DNA of 64,000 bases from Candidatus Latescibacterota bacterium (GCA_965226795.1 CBDDDZ010000005.1:1504001-1568000); one strand, 5' to 3'. Shown: positions 21,901-32,256, numbered from the stretch's first letter. Program-made: numbers and translations. The notes: generated by a model not told the origin, from the sequence alone.

Positions 21901-23502
21901 ATGCGATCCTGCGCGCTGGCTATCGCGGAAACTATACAGGAAGAAGGGGTCCGGTACGTATTCGGTCATCCGGGCGGCGAGGTCGTGGATCTGATCGATG
22001 CGCTGGAGAACACGGGAATCCGATTCGTGCTGACCGGCCACGAGGCCGCCGCCGCCTTTATGGCCAGCGCGATCGGGCGCCTGACGGGGATTCCCGGCGT
22101 CTGCCTGGAGACGCTGGGGCCGGGCGCCTGCAATCTGGTTCTGGGGGTCGGCGCCGCTTACCTCGACAGGGATCCGATGCTGGCTATATCAGCGCGAAGC
22201 CCGGCGTCGCGGACGAGAGTGAGCCAGAAACAGAATCTGTCTCTCAACGAATTGTTCCACCCGATCTGTAAATGGTCCGTCGCGCTGGAAAAGACCGGCG
22301 TCGAAGCGACGGTGCGGTCCGCCTTGATGCGTGCGTCGGCGCCTCCGGCTGGTCCGGTATACCTCACGATACCGAATGATGTCGCTGTGGCCGATGCGGC
22401 GCCCGGCCCGGCCGAGTCTCCGTCCACCCCGTTTCTCGCGTGCAACGGGGACCTTGAAGCGATAACAAGGGCACTGAACCGGGCCGAACGGCCTGTTGGC
22501 ATTGTGGGCGTCGCGTTGAATGCCCGGCTGGATTTCGCCGCAGTGCGTCGATTTTTTGCACAATCGCAAATTCCCTACGTTGTTCTTCCACAGGCAAAGG
22601 GCATTCCGGATGAGTTTGGCCCGGGGTATCTGGGCACGGTGGCGTCGGCCGCGGGAGACGCAGTTCTTGTGAATATGATCGAGCGAAGCGATTGTCTGTT
22701 AGGCGTGGGTTTCGAACCCGTGGAGTCGGCCCAGGACTGGCATCTTCGCCAACCAGTCTACTCCCTGGCCAATTCCTCTATTGCCTTTGGCGACTTTGAA
22801 CCGGTTTCGGAGTGTGTGGGCGACGTCACATCCCTGCTCGATCGGCTGCTGGAAGGATATAGCGGGGGCGCACGCTGGACCACGGCCGAAATCCGCGGCG
22901 CACAGGATGCCGTCGCGGTTACGATCTGTCCTGAAGCGGACGCCAGCGCCAATGGTCTATCTCCTTACCATTTAATGTGTGAATTGTACGATACCCTGCC
23001 AGGGGAGACCATACTTTCAGTCGACGTCGGCGCCCACAAGATGCTGATTTCGCAGGTCTGGCTGGCCCGTTCGCCGGGAACGTTTCTGACGTCAAACGGC
23101 CTTTCCGCGATGGGCTACGGCCTGCCGTCTGCGATGGCGGCGGCGCTGGTCCGGCCCGGCCGGCCGGTGGTGGGCGTATTTGGGGACGCCGGTTTTTCCA
23201 TGATGGTTCAGGAACTGGAAACGGCACGCAGGTTGGGCCTGCATCCATTGCTCGTGGTGCTCTGCGACCGGTCTCTGACAATTGTAAAAGTCGCACAAGC
23301 CATGCGTAATATCCCGCAACGGGGCGTAGCGTTGCAAACGGTGGATTGGGCAAAGGTCGCCGATGGGTTCGGTGCAAGGGGAGTGACTGTGACCACCCTG
23401 CGTGGAGTGCGGAGGGTGGTGGAGGAGTGGCTGGCAAATCCCCAGTTGACGGTAGTGGCTGCGCGGGTGGACGAGAAATTATACACAGCGCTGGAATATT
23501 GA
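21901..23502 (+). CDS. ThDP-dependent enzyme (acetolactate synthase large-subunit-like)
   Basis: FGHPGG, HEAAAAFMA, TLGPGA, MGYGLP and a GDAG ThDP motif. Confidence 0.88.
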   Translation: MRSCALAIAETIQEEGVRYVFGHPGGEVVDLIDALENTGIRFVLTGHEAAAAFMASAIGRLTGIPGVCLETLGPGACNLVLGVGAAYLDRDPMLAISARSPASRTRVSQKQNLSLNELFHPICKWSVALEKTGVEATVRSALMRASAPPAGPVYLTIPNDVAVADAAPGPAESPSTPFLACNGDLEAITRALNRAERPVGIVGVALNARLDFAAVRRFFAQSQIPYVVLPQAKGIPDEFGPGYLGTVASAAGDAVLVNMIERSDCLLGVGFEPVESAQDWHLRQPVYSLANSSIAFGDFEPVSECVGDVTSLLDRLLEGYSGGARWTTAEIRGAQDAVAVTICPEADASANGLSPYHLMCELYDTLPGETILSVDVGAHKMLISQVWLARSPGTFLTSNGLSAMGYGLPSAMAAALVRPGRPVVGVFGDAGFSMMVQELETARRLGLHPLLVVLCDRSLTIVKVAQAMRNIPQRGVALQTVDWAKVADGFGARGVTVTTLRGVRRVVEEWLANPQLTVVAARVDEKLYTALEY

Positions 23503-23556
23503 GATTCCGAAGCGTTCCGCCGCCGTAACGACCGGGATGTGAATGTCAGGAAACAC

Positions 23557-24894
23557 ATGAGTTTACCGGAACACGTGGAATATCTGATCATCGGCGCAGG
23601 TGTGCACGGTCTGAGCACGGGTTACCACCTGGCGCGTGAGTTGAAAAGGCGGCGTCGGGGAGGCGGGTCTGACGTGCTGGTTGTGGACAAGACGGGGGTG
23701 GCAGCGGGCGCTTCCGGCATTGCCTGCGGCGTGATCCGTAACAACTATTACCAACCGGCCATGCGCGAACTGATGGCACACAGCGTCGATATATGGGAGA
23801 CCGACCCGGAGGCATTCAGCTATCACCCCGTCGGCTATATGCAGATCAGCCCCGAGTCCATGCACGACGACGTTGCAAGCATCGCTCAAGAGCAGGGTGA
23901 GATCGGTTACGAATCCGAATTTATCGAAGGAGAAGCAGACTGCATGAAATATATGCGGGGTCTGTTTCACGACTGGCAGGCGAAGGGAATCACATCCGTT
24001 CTTCACGAAAAAAGAGGGGGATATGCCAACAACCGTACGTCCATGATGGGCCTGGCGGCCAAGGCCAGGAGCGAAGGCGTCGGGATTCTGGAAGGCGTTT
24101 CGGTGACCGGATTTCGGTACGATGACGGGGCAATATCGGCGGTGGAAACGGGTCGCGGCGTGATCCGGGTAGACGAGGTTGTTATTGCCGTGGGGCCGTG
24201 GGCGAAGTTGCTCTGGGATATGTTGAACCTGCCCGCGTCGATGAGCATCAAGGGTTCGGATGGCGCCATGCATCACGACATTCCCATGTGGAGCTACTGG
24301 TGTTTGCAGGAAGGGACGCTGGGCGTGGATCCCAACTATCTCAAAACCAACGACGGCAGGATGCCCCCCGTAATTCATCTGGACACGGACGCGCCACTGT
24401 ATTCGGACGTCGACGGTTCGCTGATTACGGATCGCCTGTGGGGTATATACTACAAACCCGATTTCCACTTTGGGGGCGTGCAGGGAGGGGCAATGCCCTA
24501 CCGGGTGGAAAGACCGCCGGACGAAGTTGCGGTGGACCCCTATGGTCCGGAATCTCTCGATTTCATCGTTGGTGACCAATTCGCGCACCAGTGGTGTTCC
24601 GCGCTGGCATTCTGTCATAAGCGGTTTGAAGGAAAGTCTCCACTCTTCAAGAAAGAGCCATCCGGTGGCATCGGCGCGTTTACACCCGATCGTTTCCCGG
24701 TGTTCGACCGGTTTCACAAGAATTGTTACCTCATTGCAGATTCCAACCACGGGTACAAGATGATTGGCGTGGGGAAGCTGGTGGCGGAGGAACTCCTGGG
24801 CGAACGCTCCCGTGTCCTGGAGCCGTTCCGTTTTTCACGTTTTGTTGAGGGCATGCTGCACCCGGTATCCAGCAGCCCGTTTCCATGGAGCTGA
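23557..24894 (+). CDS. mgdA: FAD-dependent oxidoreductase, N-methylglutamate dehydrogenase subunit A-like
   Basis: IIGAGVHGLST, GASGIACGVIRNNY.QPAM, DSNHGYKM and C-terminal SPFPWS match my recollection of MgdA (sarcosine oxidase beta-like). Confidence 0.72.
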   Translation: MSLPEHVEYLIIGAGVHGLSTGYHLARELKRRRRGGGSDVLVVDKTGVAAGASGIACGVIRNNYYQPAMRELMAHSVDIWETDPEAFSYHPVGYMQISPESMHDDVASIAQEQGEIGYESEFIEGEADCMKYMRGLFHDWQAKGITSVLHEKRGGYANNRTSMMGLAAKARSEGVGILEGVSVTGFRYDDGAISAVETGRGVIRVDEVVIAVGPWAKLLWDMLNLPASMSIKGSDGAMHHDIPMWSYWCLQEGTLGVDPNYLKTNDGRMPPVIHLDTDAPLYSDVDGSLITDRLWGIYYKPDFHFGGVQGGAMPYRVERPPDEVAVDPYGPESLDFIVGDQFAHQWCSALAFCHKRFEGKSPLFKKEPSGGIGAFTPDRFPVFDRFHKNCYLIADSNHGYKMIGVGKLVAEELLGERSRVLEPFRFSRFVEGMLHPVSSSPFPWS

Positions 24895-25075
24895 GGCTCG
24901 AACGCAAGCGTCTGGGCACCATGATGCCAGGACCGTCCATAGAGCGCTGACGAGTTTATCCGGCCCAGTGATGTCGGAGTACCAGCCGCTTTGTCGAGAC
25001 CCGGTTCCTGCATTTCGCGGCTGCGAAATGGAAATCAATAGGGCAGCTCCCTACACACAGTGAGAGAGTGCATCG

Positions 25076-26323
25076 ATGCAATATCCCGACGTCCGGCGAC
25101 GCATGCGGATTCGGCACACGGATTGGGGAGACGCTGTACGTATCGACCTCAATCAACTCGGCGCACGGTTGCCGTCGCGTGGAATGCAGGGCGCGACATG
25201 GTCGGAAACAAACAGTGAGGCATTGCGGGACGAATGGTCGGAATCCCAGAACGAGGCGCTTTGCGACACGTTGACGGAGGTCGCCGCCGGATTGGGCGGA
25301 AGCTTCGATTCGTTTGCCGAGTGGACGGTTTTGCACAACAAGCGGTACGACGGCACCCACATGCGCGATGTGCGGCGAGCGCGGTTCAGCAGGGGGTACC
25401 GCGCGGCGATCACGACGCTCGGCTGGGCGCATCCGAAGACGGGACTTTCCACGTGTATTCAGGCTGTGGGTTATGTGCCGAAACCCCGCGCGATGTTCGA
25501 GCAGGCCTCGTGGAGGCCGGAATCACTGTACGATACCGAGTTTATGGCGCTTGCGCCTGCCGTGGTGACAAGATTCGGAGGTGGTCGGCAGATCCACTTG
25601 TCGGGCGTCGTCGCGTGGGACGACGCGATAAATCCGCTATTCGAAGGACAGCCGGAACGTCAGATTTCGCACGTGTTCGACCTCATCCAGAACGTATTCC
25701 ACGAGGCCGGCGGATCGCTGACGGACGTTGTGCGTCTCCGTCCGTTCGCTCACTCCACGAGGATTGCGCAACTCATCCGGACGGAGGTCAGCCGCCGCTG
25801 GGCGGACCATCCGCGGCCCGTGGTGATGATGTCGGACAGCCGGCGCTTCGGCGACCCGCCCAGCCTGTATGCGGAAATACAGGTCATGGGGGTCATGCCG
25901 GACAGCCATTGTGAAGTGCGCCACTCGGAAATGGAACTTCCTGCAGGAATTACGGATGAGGGCCTCACCCGTATTCGCTGCAGCCGGGCTCGAGATTGGG
26001 AACTGATCCACGTGGGCGAACTGCGCGCGCGCCCGGGCGCGGGTCCGAACCAGGAAGCCGAGCAGGTCACCGAACAGATGGCAGCGGTCCTTGACCGGGC
26101 GTCGCTCACGCGGAGCGATATCTGTTTGACATTTGCCTATGTCAGTTCACCGGAAACTGCCGCAGCGTTCTCGGAAGCCGTGTCCCAGGCGGTGCCGGTG
26201 GACACTGTGCACGTGTTGCCCTGTCCGACAATGCCTGAACTGGAGGGTCGCCGAATCAAGGTGGAGATGACGGCCAGAAAATGCCTGGTGCCGGTCTCGA
26301 AGACGGTTTCCGGGGGTCCATGA
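25076..26323 (+). CDS. multi-domain Rid (YjgF/YER057c/UK114)-like protein
   Basis: 'IHLSGVVA..QISHVF..EAGGSLTDVVRL..YAEIQ' plus a second degenerate unit ending 'IKVEMTA'. Confidence 0.6.
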   Translation: MQYPDVRRRMRIRHTDWGDAVRIDLNQLGARLPSRGMQGATWSETNSEALRDEWSESQNEALCDTLTEVAAGLGGSFDSFAEWTVLHNKRYDGTHMRDVRRARFSRGYRAAITTLGWAHPKTGLSTCIQAVGYVPKPRAMFEQASWRPESLYDTEFMALAPAVVTRFGGGRQIHLSGVVAWDDAINPLFEGQPERQISHVFDLIQNVFHEAGGSLTDVVRLRPFAHSTRIAQLIRTEVSRRWADHPRPVVMMSDSRRFGDPPSLYAEIQVMGVMPDSHCEVRHSEMELPAGITDEGLTRIRCSRARDWELIHVGELRARPGAGPNQEAEQVTEQMAAVLDRASLTRSDICLTFAYVSSPETAAAFSEAVSQAVPVDTVHVLPCPTMPELEGRRIKVEMTARKCLVPVSKTVSGGP

Positions 26324-26440
26324 CGGTATCGGTTGCAAAGGGGCGTTTTTGTCGAGAACCATCCTGGAACGATCTACGCCACTGACCGGTCTAATGCATA
26401 GAGTGCTGCATATCTCCTGTACCCATATTAGGGGCTGGAA

Positions 26441-27331
26441 ATGCGTATTACCGCGACGGGTTTAACGAAAATCTATCAAAAGGGGACCGCGCCTGCGCTG
26501 GACAACGTGGATCTGGAAATCGGACAGGTTACATTCGGGCTCCTGGGACCGAACGGTGCCGGAAAAACCACGCTCATCAAAATTCTTTCAACCCAAATGG
26601 CGCCAACAGCCGGCCAGGTAAGAATCGGTGCATGGGATCTGCAGCGCAACCGTTCCGAAGTGCGCCGGAGGTTGGGTTATCTTCCTCAGCACTTCGGGGC
26701 GTATCCGCAACTGACGGCGTGGGAGTTTCTGGATTATATGGACCGGCTCGCTGCCGGGCGCCGTCGGAGCGGGAGAAGGGCGCGGGTGCGGGATGCTTTG
26801 GATAACGTGGGGCTCTACGATGCGCGGAACCGTCGGACCGGCACGTTTTCCGGGGGAATGATGCGGCGGCTCGGCATTGCGCAGGCCATTGTGGGTGATC
26901 CTGCAATCCTGATTGTGGACGAGCCCACCGTGGGCCTCGATCCGGAAGAACGCATCCGTTTTCGGGGGATCCTCGCCCGGATGAGCCGGGATCGGGCTAT
27001 CTTGATTTCCACCCATATTGTTGGCGATATTTCGAGTACCTGCGATGATCTGGCCGTGCTGAATGCCGGACGGATCGTTTACAGGGGCTCGCCCGCGACG
27101 TTGGTTGCTCGCGCGAATGGCAAGACCTGGCGCGTACAGGCGGACGACGCCGGTTTCGAAAAGATCTCCAGAAGTTTTCTGGTTGTGACGGTCGCCGTGG
27201 ACGGTGGCCGGATGGATCTTCGGATCGTGGGCGATGGCCAACCACCCGGCAACGCGGAACCGGTTTCACCGAATCTCGAAGATGCGTATGTCTATTTTAT
27301 GGGTATGGAAAATCTGGAAAGGGCGGCGTGA
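26441..27331 (+). CDS. ABC transporter ATP-binding protein (ABC-2 type)
   Basis: GPNGAGKT, LPQ, FSGGM, IVDEPT, STH. Confidence 0.95.
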   Translation: MRITATGLTKIYQKGTAPALDNVDLEIGQVTFGLLGPNGAGKTTLIKILSTQMAPTAGQVRIGAWDLQRNRSEVRRRLGYLPQHFGAYPQLTAWEFLDYMDRLAAGRRRSGRRARVRDALDNVGLYDARNRRTGTFSGGMMRRLGIAQAIVGDPAILIVDEPTVGLDPEERIRFRGILARMSRDRAILISTHIVGDISSTCDDLAVLNAGRIVYRGSPATLVARANGKTWRVQADDAGFEKISRSFLVVTVAVDGGRMDLRIVGDGQPPGNAEPVSPNLEDAYVYFMGMENLERAA

Positions 27332-27343
27332 GTGGCATTGAAC

Positions 27344-30300
27344 ATGGATACGGCTTTCACCATATTTTCGGTCGCCAGATACGAACGCAAATTGCTGATG
27401 CGGACGATCAGATTTCGCATTCTGGGTGGTATTGGCGTGCTTATCCCCGTCGTTCTGGGGGTGGGACTGGCGATCGCGGAAGCCAGAGGCGTTGAATTCG
27501 AGTCTGTCAGCGGAATCGGCGCCTATATGCCCTTTTATGTCTACAGTTTCCTGCAGACCGTCGTGATCGCGTTTATTGTGGGGGATTTCCGCGCCGCGGA
27601 TGAGCGCGCCGGGATCTATGAGGTGGTTGCAGCCCGGCCGCTGTCAACGGCCGAATTGGTCATGGGCAAATACCTGGGTGTTCTGGGCGCACTGACCACA
27701 CTCAGCCTGGTTGTGCTCGTGCTCAGCCTGGGCGTACACGCAGCCAAAATCAGCATTACCGGCGCGCCGTTTACCATTCGGCCCTACCTTGCGTACTGGC
27801 TGCTGCTGAACCTGCCCGGGCTTGTTTACATGTCCGCGCTTACGTTTTTCCTTGGGGCGGTGTTGCGCCGACAGGCTGCAGTGACCGTGCTCGTTGTCGC
27901 GTATGTCGTGATTGTGCTCTTGTTCCTGGGGCGCAGATATGGCGGCATTTTCGATTTCGGCGCATTCTTCGCACCCGTGTTCTATTCGGATATGCTCGGT
28001 CTTGGCGATATCCGACGGGTGGTGGAGATCCGGTTCTTCTACATGATGCTTGCCCTGTTTTTCTTCGGTCTGTCAATCGACCGGTATCCGCGTCTGCCAC
28101 AATCACGCCCCTGGCGCAGGTTTGGCCGATGTCTGACCGCCGCCGGTCTCGTCGCCGCGCTGGCCCTGTACGTGTATATGGAAAGTCGGGACTCTGCCGA
28201 CCTCGAATACAGGATGGCGCAGTTGGAAATCCAGGAAAGATATGCCGATTGGCCTGCCGTGGAAGTTACGCATTACACGCTCGACCTGGATCTGGCAGCA
28301 GACCGGACACCCCTACGGGGCAGGGCGGTTCTGAACGTCTTGAACCCTCATCCCGTGCGGCTGGATACCCTCGTTTTCAGTCTCAACCCGGGATTGAAAT
28401 TGCGGTCTGTAAGCGCAAAGCAGGCAACGGACGTTGCTGTCAACTGGCGTCGCGAATACGCTACCGTGCAGGTCGCGCGACCACTTCAACCCGATAGTCT
28501 GGCGACACTCGTGTTTGTGTACGACGGATCGATTGACCTCAGCGGATTCGATCTCAGGCGACATCCTGATACAAGACGCTTGCAGAAGAGGCGCGCCGGG
28601 CCGGGGAGAAAGGGTGATCTTACCGCCTGGATTCGCCGCAATTCCGTTTTCCTGCCGCCACGCAGCAGGTGGTATCCCTCACCGGGCGTGGACTACGGGC
28701 ATCGGGATGGCAGACCCGTTTCCTTCGCCACTGCAGATCTCAATATTTCTCTTCCCGCCGGGCTGGAAGTTGTGACCCAGGGTGTACCGGTTAACCGGGA
28801 GCCAACGGGAAGACGTGAGATTCATACATGGAAAGTGGAGCGCCCTGTACCTGTTTTTTCACTCAACGCTGGCGTCTATCGTGTCTATCAGGCCGAAATC
28901 CACGACATCGAATGTGCTATCTACGTGCATCCGTCCCATGCAAAACAGGTCACCTTCTTCGAAGACGCCAGGGACGACGCCCTCAATACACTTGGCGAAA
29001 TTCTGGATAGTGTTGAACAGGAAACCAGCCTGGCCTACCCTTACGAGCGTCTATCTGTGGTGGAGGTGCCATTCCAGGTGCAATGGTATTACGACGGATG
29101 GGAGGAAGCAGGAGGATTGGTGCAGCCAGGTGTGCTGATGCTGGAAGAGGATGTCCTGATGCGGTTGAGGCTGGGACAGCGGCTGAAGTGGATGCAGCGA
29201 CGGCAACGGCAAAACGACGATCCTGCGAGAATCAAGCGCGATTTGCTGGTCAGCACGATCCTTAACACGTTTCTCGCGAGCGAATCGTCTCAGAGTGGGA
29301 TATACCGGAGTCCTGTTGCGCAACTCTGGTCGTTCAACAAAGGATTCGAAGGCGAACACTATTCGCTGTTAAAGCGCGGTATGCCAATCTATATGCAGAA
29401 ACATCTCGGTACCAATCTGCAACAGACGTTCTACTCGCGACGTGGGCGGTTTCGGGGGCGGTTCAGGCGCGACAGGGGCGGGAGTGGCGTCTCCTGGGAT
29501 ACGTTAACGGCCATGATGCGGCAGCGTTCCTTCGCGGAACTGGACCCGAATGCAGATGCGGAACTCTACCGGGCAGTCGTCGATGCCAAGGGCGCGTCCC
29601 TGTTCGGCATGATGCAGGCTGTGGTGGGAGACGATGCATTCAGAGATGTAATAAGCGGATTCGAGGAGGCGAATCGACACATCGGAGTCGACTTCGCTTC
29701 GTTTGAGAGGGCGGCTGTCGGCGATTCCTCGGGTGGGGTGAACGGACCCGACCTGAATCGCCTGGTCCGAGACTGGCTGCACAATACCCATGTGCCGGGG
29801 TACACACTGACACGGGCAAAAGCATATAAAGTCGACGACGGGTGGGGGATGATGACGTATCAGATCATCGTGCGGATCCGGAACGGGGAGCCCGGGCGCG
29901 GGTTCGTTCAGATTCGAGCGTTGGGCACCGAGGACGAGGCGGTAAAAGGAGTCGAGATAGAGGGCGGGCAGGAAGTCGAGGTGGGGTTGATCCTTTGGGA
30001 GCGGCCCTCTAGGATAAGTATCGAGCCTTTTTTTGCACGCAACCGCCGCATCCTGATGGCGCCGCTGCGCATACCCGAGCAGCCGATGGACGGATCCGCC
30101 ACGACTTACGTGAGGGAGGTTTCCCCGGATGAGACCGGATTGACCGAAATAATCGTGGACAACGATGACGAAGGCTTCGAGATGCCGGTCCGCAGGGTGC
30201 GCCGTTATCTTCGACCGCAGTTGAAGGGCGACAACTGGCAGGAACGCCAGTTGCCGTTTTCTTTCGGACGGTATGAGAACAATTTCCGTTGGAAGAAACC

Positions 30301-30718
30301 TGGCGACGGCGCGCAACCGGCCGTTTGGACCGCCCGTTTGCCCCACAGCGGGGATTACGACGTCTACTATTATTTCCTTTCTCCCAGGTTCTCGAAGCGT
30401 CTGCGTATGGCATCGGAATTCAATCTGGCCGTCTGCCACGGTGGCCAGGTGGATACGCTGACGGTGGAAGCACACGAACTGAAGGCGGGCTGGAACGTCC
30501 TGGGACGTTACCGGTTCGAGGGTGGGGAATTGGCCCGTGTCGAATTGTCCGACCGTGCCAACGGCCGGCTGTACGCCGACGCGGTGCGCTGGAGGTACGT
30601 AGACCCTGACCATCCGGAGGACGTATACGAAGAGGAACTTCCCACCTGGAACTTCGGCGGCGGCGGCCGCAGGGGTGACCGGGGAGGGCGTGGACAAAGC
30701 CGCGGAGGACGATGGTAA
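27344..30718 (+). CDS. ABC-2 permease fused to an M1-aminopeptidase-like ectodomain (no HExxH) and a golvesin-like C-terminal domain
   Basis: N-terminal TM helices 'ARPLS..LVMGKYLG'; M1-like 'YPYERLSVVEVP', 'KGASLF', 'DWL'; C-terminal 'IIVDNDDEGF..GDYDVY..GWNVLGRY.F..YADAVRW'. Confidence 0.75.
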   Translation: MDTAFTIFSVARYERKLLMRTIRFRILGGIGVLIPVVLGVGLAIAEARGVEFESVSGIGAYMPFYVYSFLQTVVIAFIVGDFRAADERAGIYEVVAARPLSTAELVMGKYLGVLGALTTLSLVVLVLSLGVHAAKISITGAPFTIRPYLAYWLLLNLPGLVYMSALTFFLGAVLRRQAAVTVLVVAYVVIVLLFLGRRYGGIFDFGAFFAPVFYSDMLGLGDIRRVVEIRFFYMMLALFFFGLSIDRYPRLPQSRPWRRFGRCLTAAGLVAALALYVYMESRDSADLEYRMAQLEIQERYADWPAVEVTHYTLDLDLAADRTPLRGRAVLNVLNPHPVRLDTLVFSLNPGLKLRSVSAKQATDVAVNWRREYATVQVARPLQPDSLATLVFVYDGSIDLSGFDLRRHPDTRRLQKRRAGPGRKGDLTAWIRRNSVFLPPRSRWYPSPGVDYGHRDGRPVSFATADLNISLPAGLEVVTQGVPVNREPTGRREIHTWKVERPVPVFSLNAGVYRVYQAEIHDIECAIYVHPSHAKQVTFFEDARDDALNTLGEILDSVEQETSLAYPYERLSVVEVPFQVQWYYDGWEEAGGLVQPGVLMLEEDVLMRLRLGQRLKWMQRRQRQNDDPARIKRDLLVSTILNTFLASESSQSGIYRSPVAQLWSFNKGFEGEHYSLLKRGMPIYMQKHLGTNLQQTFYSRRGRFRGRFRRDRGGSGVSWDTLTAMMRQRSFAELDPNADAELYRAVVDAKGASLFGMMQAVVGDDAFRDVISGFEEANRHIGVDFASFERAAVGDSSGGVNGPDLNRLVRDWLHNTHVPGYTLTRAKAYKVDDGWGMMTYQIIVRIRNGEPGRGFVQIRALGTEDEAVKGVEIEGGQEVEVGLILWERPSRISIEPFFARNRRILMAPLRIPEQPMDGSATTYVREVSPDETGLTEIIVDNDDEGFEMPVRRVRRYLRPQLKGDNWQERQLPFSFGRYENNFRWKKPGDGAQPAVWTARLPHSGDYDVYYYFLSPRFSKRLRMASEFNLAVCHGGQVDTLTVEAHELKAGWNVLGRYRFEGGELARVELSDRANGRLYADAVRWRYVDPDHPEDVYEEELPTWNFGGGGRRGDRGGRGQSRGGRW

Positions 30719-30762
30719 TTAATTGTGTAACAACGATATATATCCTTTTAGTGAGGTATATT

Positions 30763-31842
30763 TTGAATCGACGACGCTCTGAATTCTATATGCTATTCAT
30801 CGGTATTTCTACGCTATCAGGCTGCGGCGGGCAAACCGAACAGCGGACCGTCGATCTGACCGTCCCCGTTACGGTTCAGGCGGTGCGGCTGGACACCATG
30901 GAAGCGACGGTGGGGGCCACGGGGACGCTCCGGTCCTCTAAAGAGGCTCGAATTCAAACCGAGGTCGAAGGTATTCTTCGATTTGTCGCACGGGACGGCG
31001 GGGAAAGGCCGGCGGAGGGTATGCGGGTTACCCGAAACCAGGAAATCGCCCGTCTGGTGAACAGGGAACTTGAAGTGAATGCCCGCGTTGAATCCCGGGC
31101 GCTTGCTAAGTCCGCTGCGAAGCGAACGCTTCGTGAACAAGAGGTACTGGTTGAACGCAAGCTGGGTACGGAGAGAGATCTTGACGAAGCACGCCGCGCA
31201 CTTGCCGAGGCCGAATCAAATTATGAAGACGCCCTCGTTCAGATCGCCAAGACGACGATTCGTACACCAATCGCCGGCTTTCTAACAGGATTGGCCGACA
31301 TTACCGACGGTACACTCGTGGAAGCCCGTACGACCATTGCGACAGTGATGGATTACAGCCGCGTGCTCGTCGAACTCAAGATACCAAATGCCTATATTTC
31401 GTCGGTTTCGCCGGGGCAGATTGTGCGTATGGAGAACTATGCGTTGCCCAACCGACTGTTTAGGGGGACCATCAAGGTGGTGGATCCGGCCATTGATCCG
31501 ACGACACGTACGTTCCGGGTGGTGGGGGCCGTGAAGAATCCGGACCTGATGTTGCGGCCGGGAATGTTCGTGAAAGCGGAGATTGTCACGGAGTCACACG
31601 AAAACGTGGTGGTGATCCCGCGCCGCTTTGTGCTGACCCGTCAGAATCGCAAGGTGGTGTTCGTCGAAGAGGAGGGGAGGGCACAGATGCGCAACGTGGA
31701 ATTTGGGCTGGAGGGGTCGGAGCAGGTCGAGATTCTGGAAGGGCTTGAACCGGGCGAGCGCCTCATTACAAGCAACTATGAAACCCTGCGGCCGCGTACG
31801 CGCGTGCGGGTAACCGGCGAGGGAGTGCCGGGGCAGCGATGA
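30763..31842 (+). CDS. RND periplasmic adaptor (MFP) lipoprotein
   Basis: GAGGT RBS with TTG start; lipobox LSGC; IRTPIAG, IDPTTRTF, LRPGMF, GLEPGE. Confidence 0.9.
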   Translation: MNRRRSEFYMLFIGISTLSGCGGQTEQRTVDLTVPVTVQAVRLDTMEATVGATGTLRSSKEARIQTEVEGILRFVARDGGERPAEGMRVTRNQEIARLVNRELEVNARVESRALAKSAAKRTLREQEVLVERKLGTERDLDEARRALAEAESNYEDALVQIAKTTIRTPIAGFLTGLADITDGTLVEARTTIATVMDYSRVLVELKIPNAYISSVSPGQIVRMENYALPNRLFRGTIKVVDPAIDPTTRTFRVVGAVKNPDLMLRPGMFVKAEIVTESHENVVVIPRRFVLTRQNRKVVFVEEEGRAQMRNVEFGLEGSEQVEILEGLEPGERLITSNYETLRPRTRVRVTGEGVPGQR

Positions 31843-32035
31843 ACACATGGGGCGAGTGTCCGTTGTTCTAAGGACCCGTACCGACACGAAAGATCCCATC
31901 CGCGCGGAAGATCCGGATTCCATCGCCACAAATGCCCCTACTGCGCGTACCGCGATGGATTCAGCGACGGTTACAGGAAGGCGCAAGCGCAGCTGAGGGG
32001 CGCGTCACTCACATAATCACCCGAGCAAGTAGGCT

Positions 32036-32256
32036 ATGGCAACAGTTCAATACGATGTGCTGAAGTGCCTGCAAAAAGCAGCAAATGTCGAATCTCTGGC
32101 GATCCAAGAGGGCCCTTCGGTCAAAGAGATGGCCGACCTCCTCCATCTGGATACGGATCAGATCCGCGGCGCGATCGGGGGCTCCGGGCAAAAGGATATG
32201 ACATCCGAAACCATCCCCGGCGCAGCGGCCATTTTGTATTATTTGGCTATCCGTGA
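32036..32256 (+). pseudogene. small winged-HTH (BirA/HTH_11-like) protein, frameshifted at the G-run 32177-32181
   Basis: 'SVKEMADLLHLDTDQIRGAI' continues as 'LRAKGYDIRN..HFVL' in another frame; one added G joins them. Confidence 0.5.
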
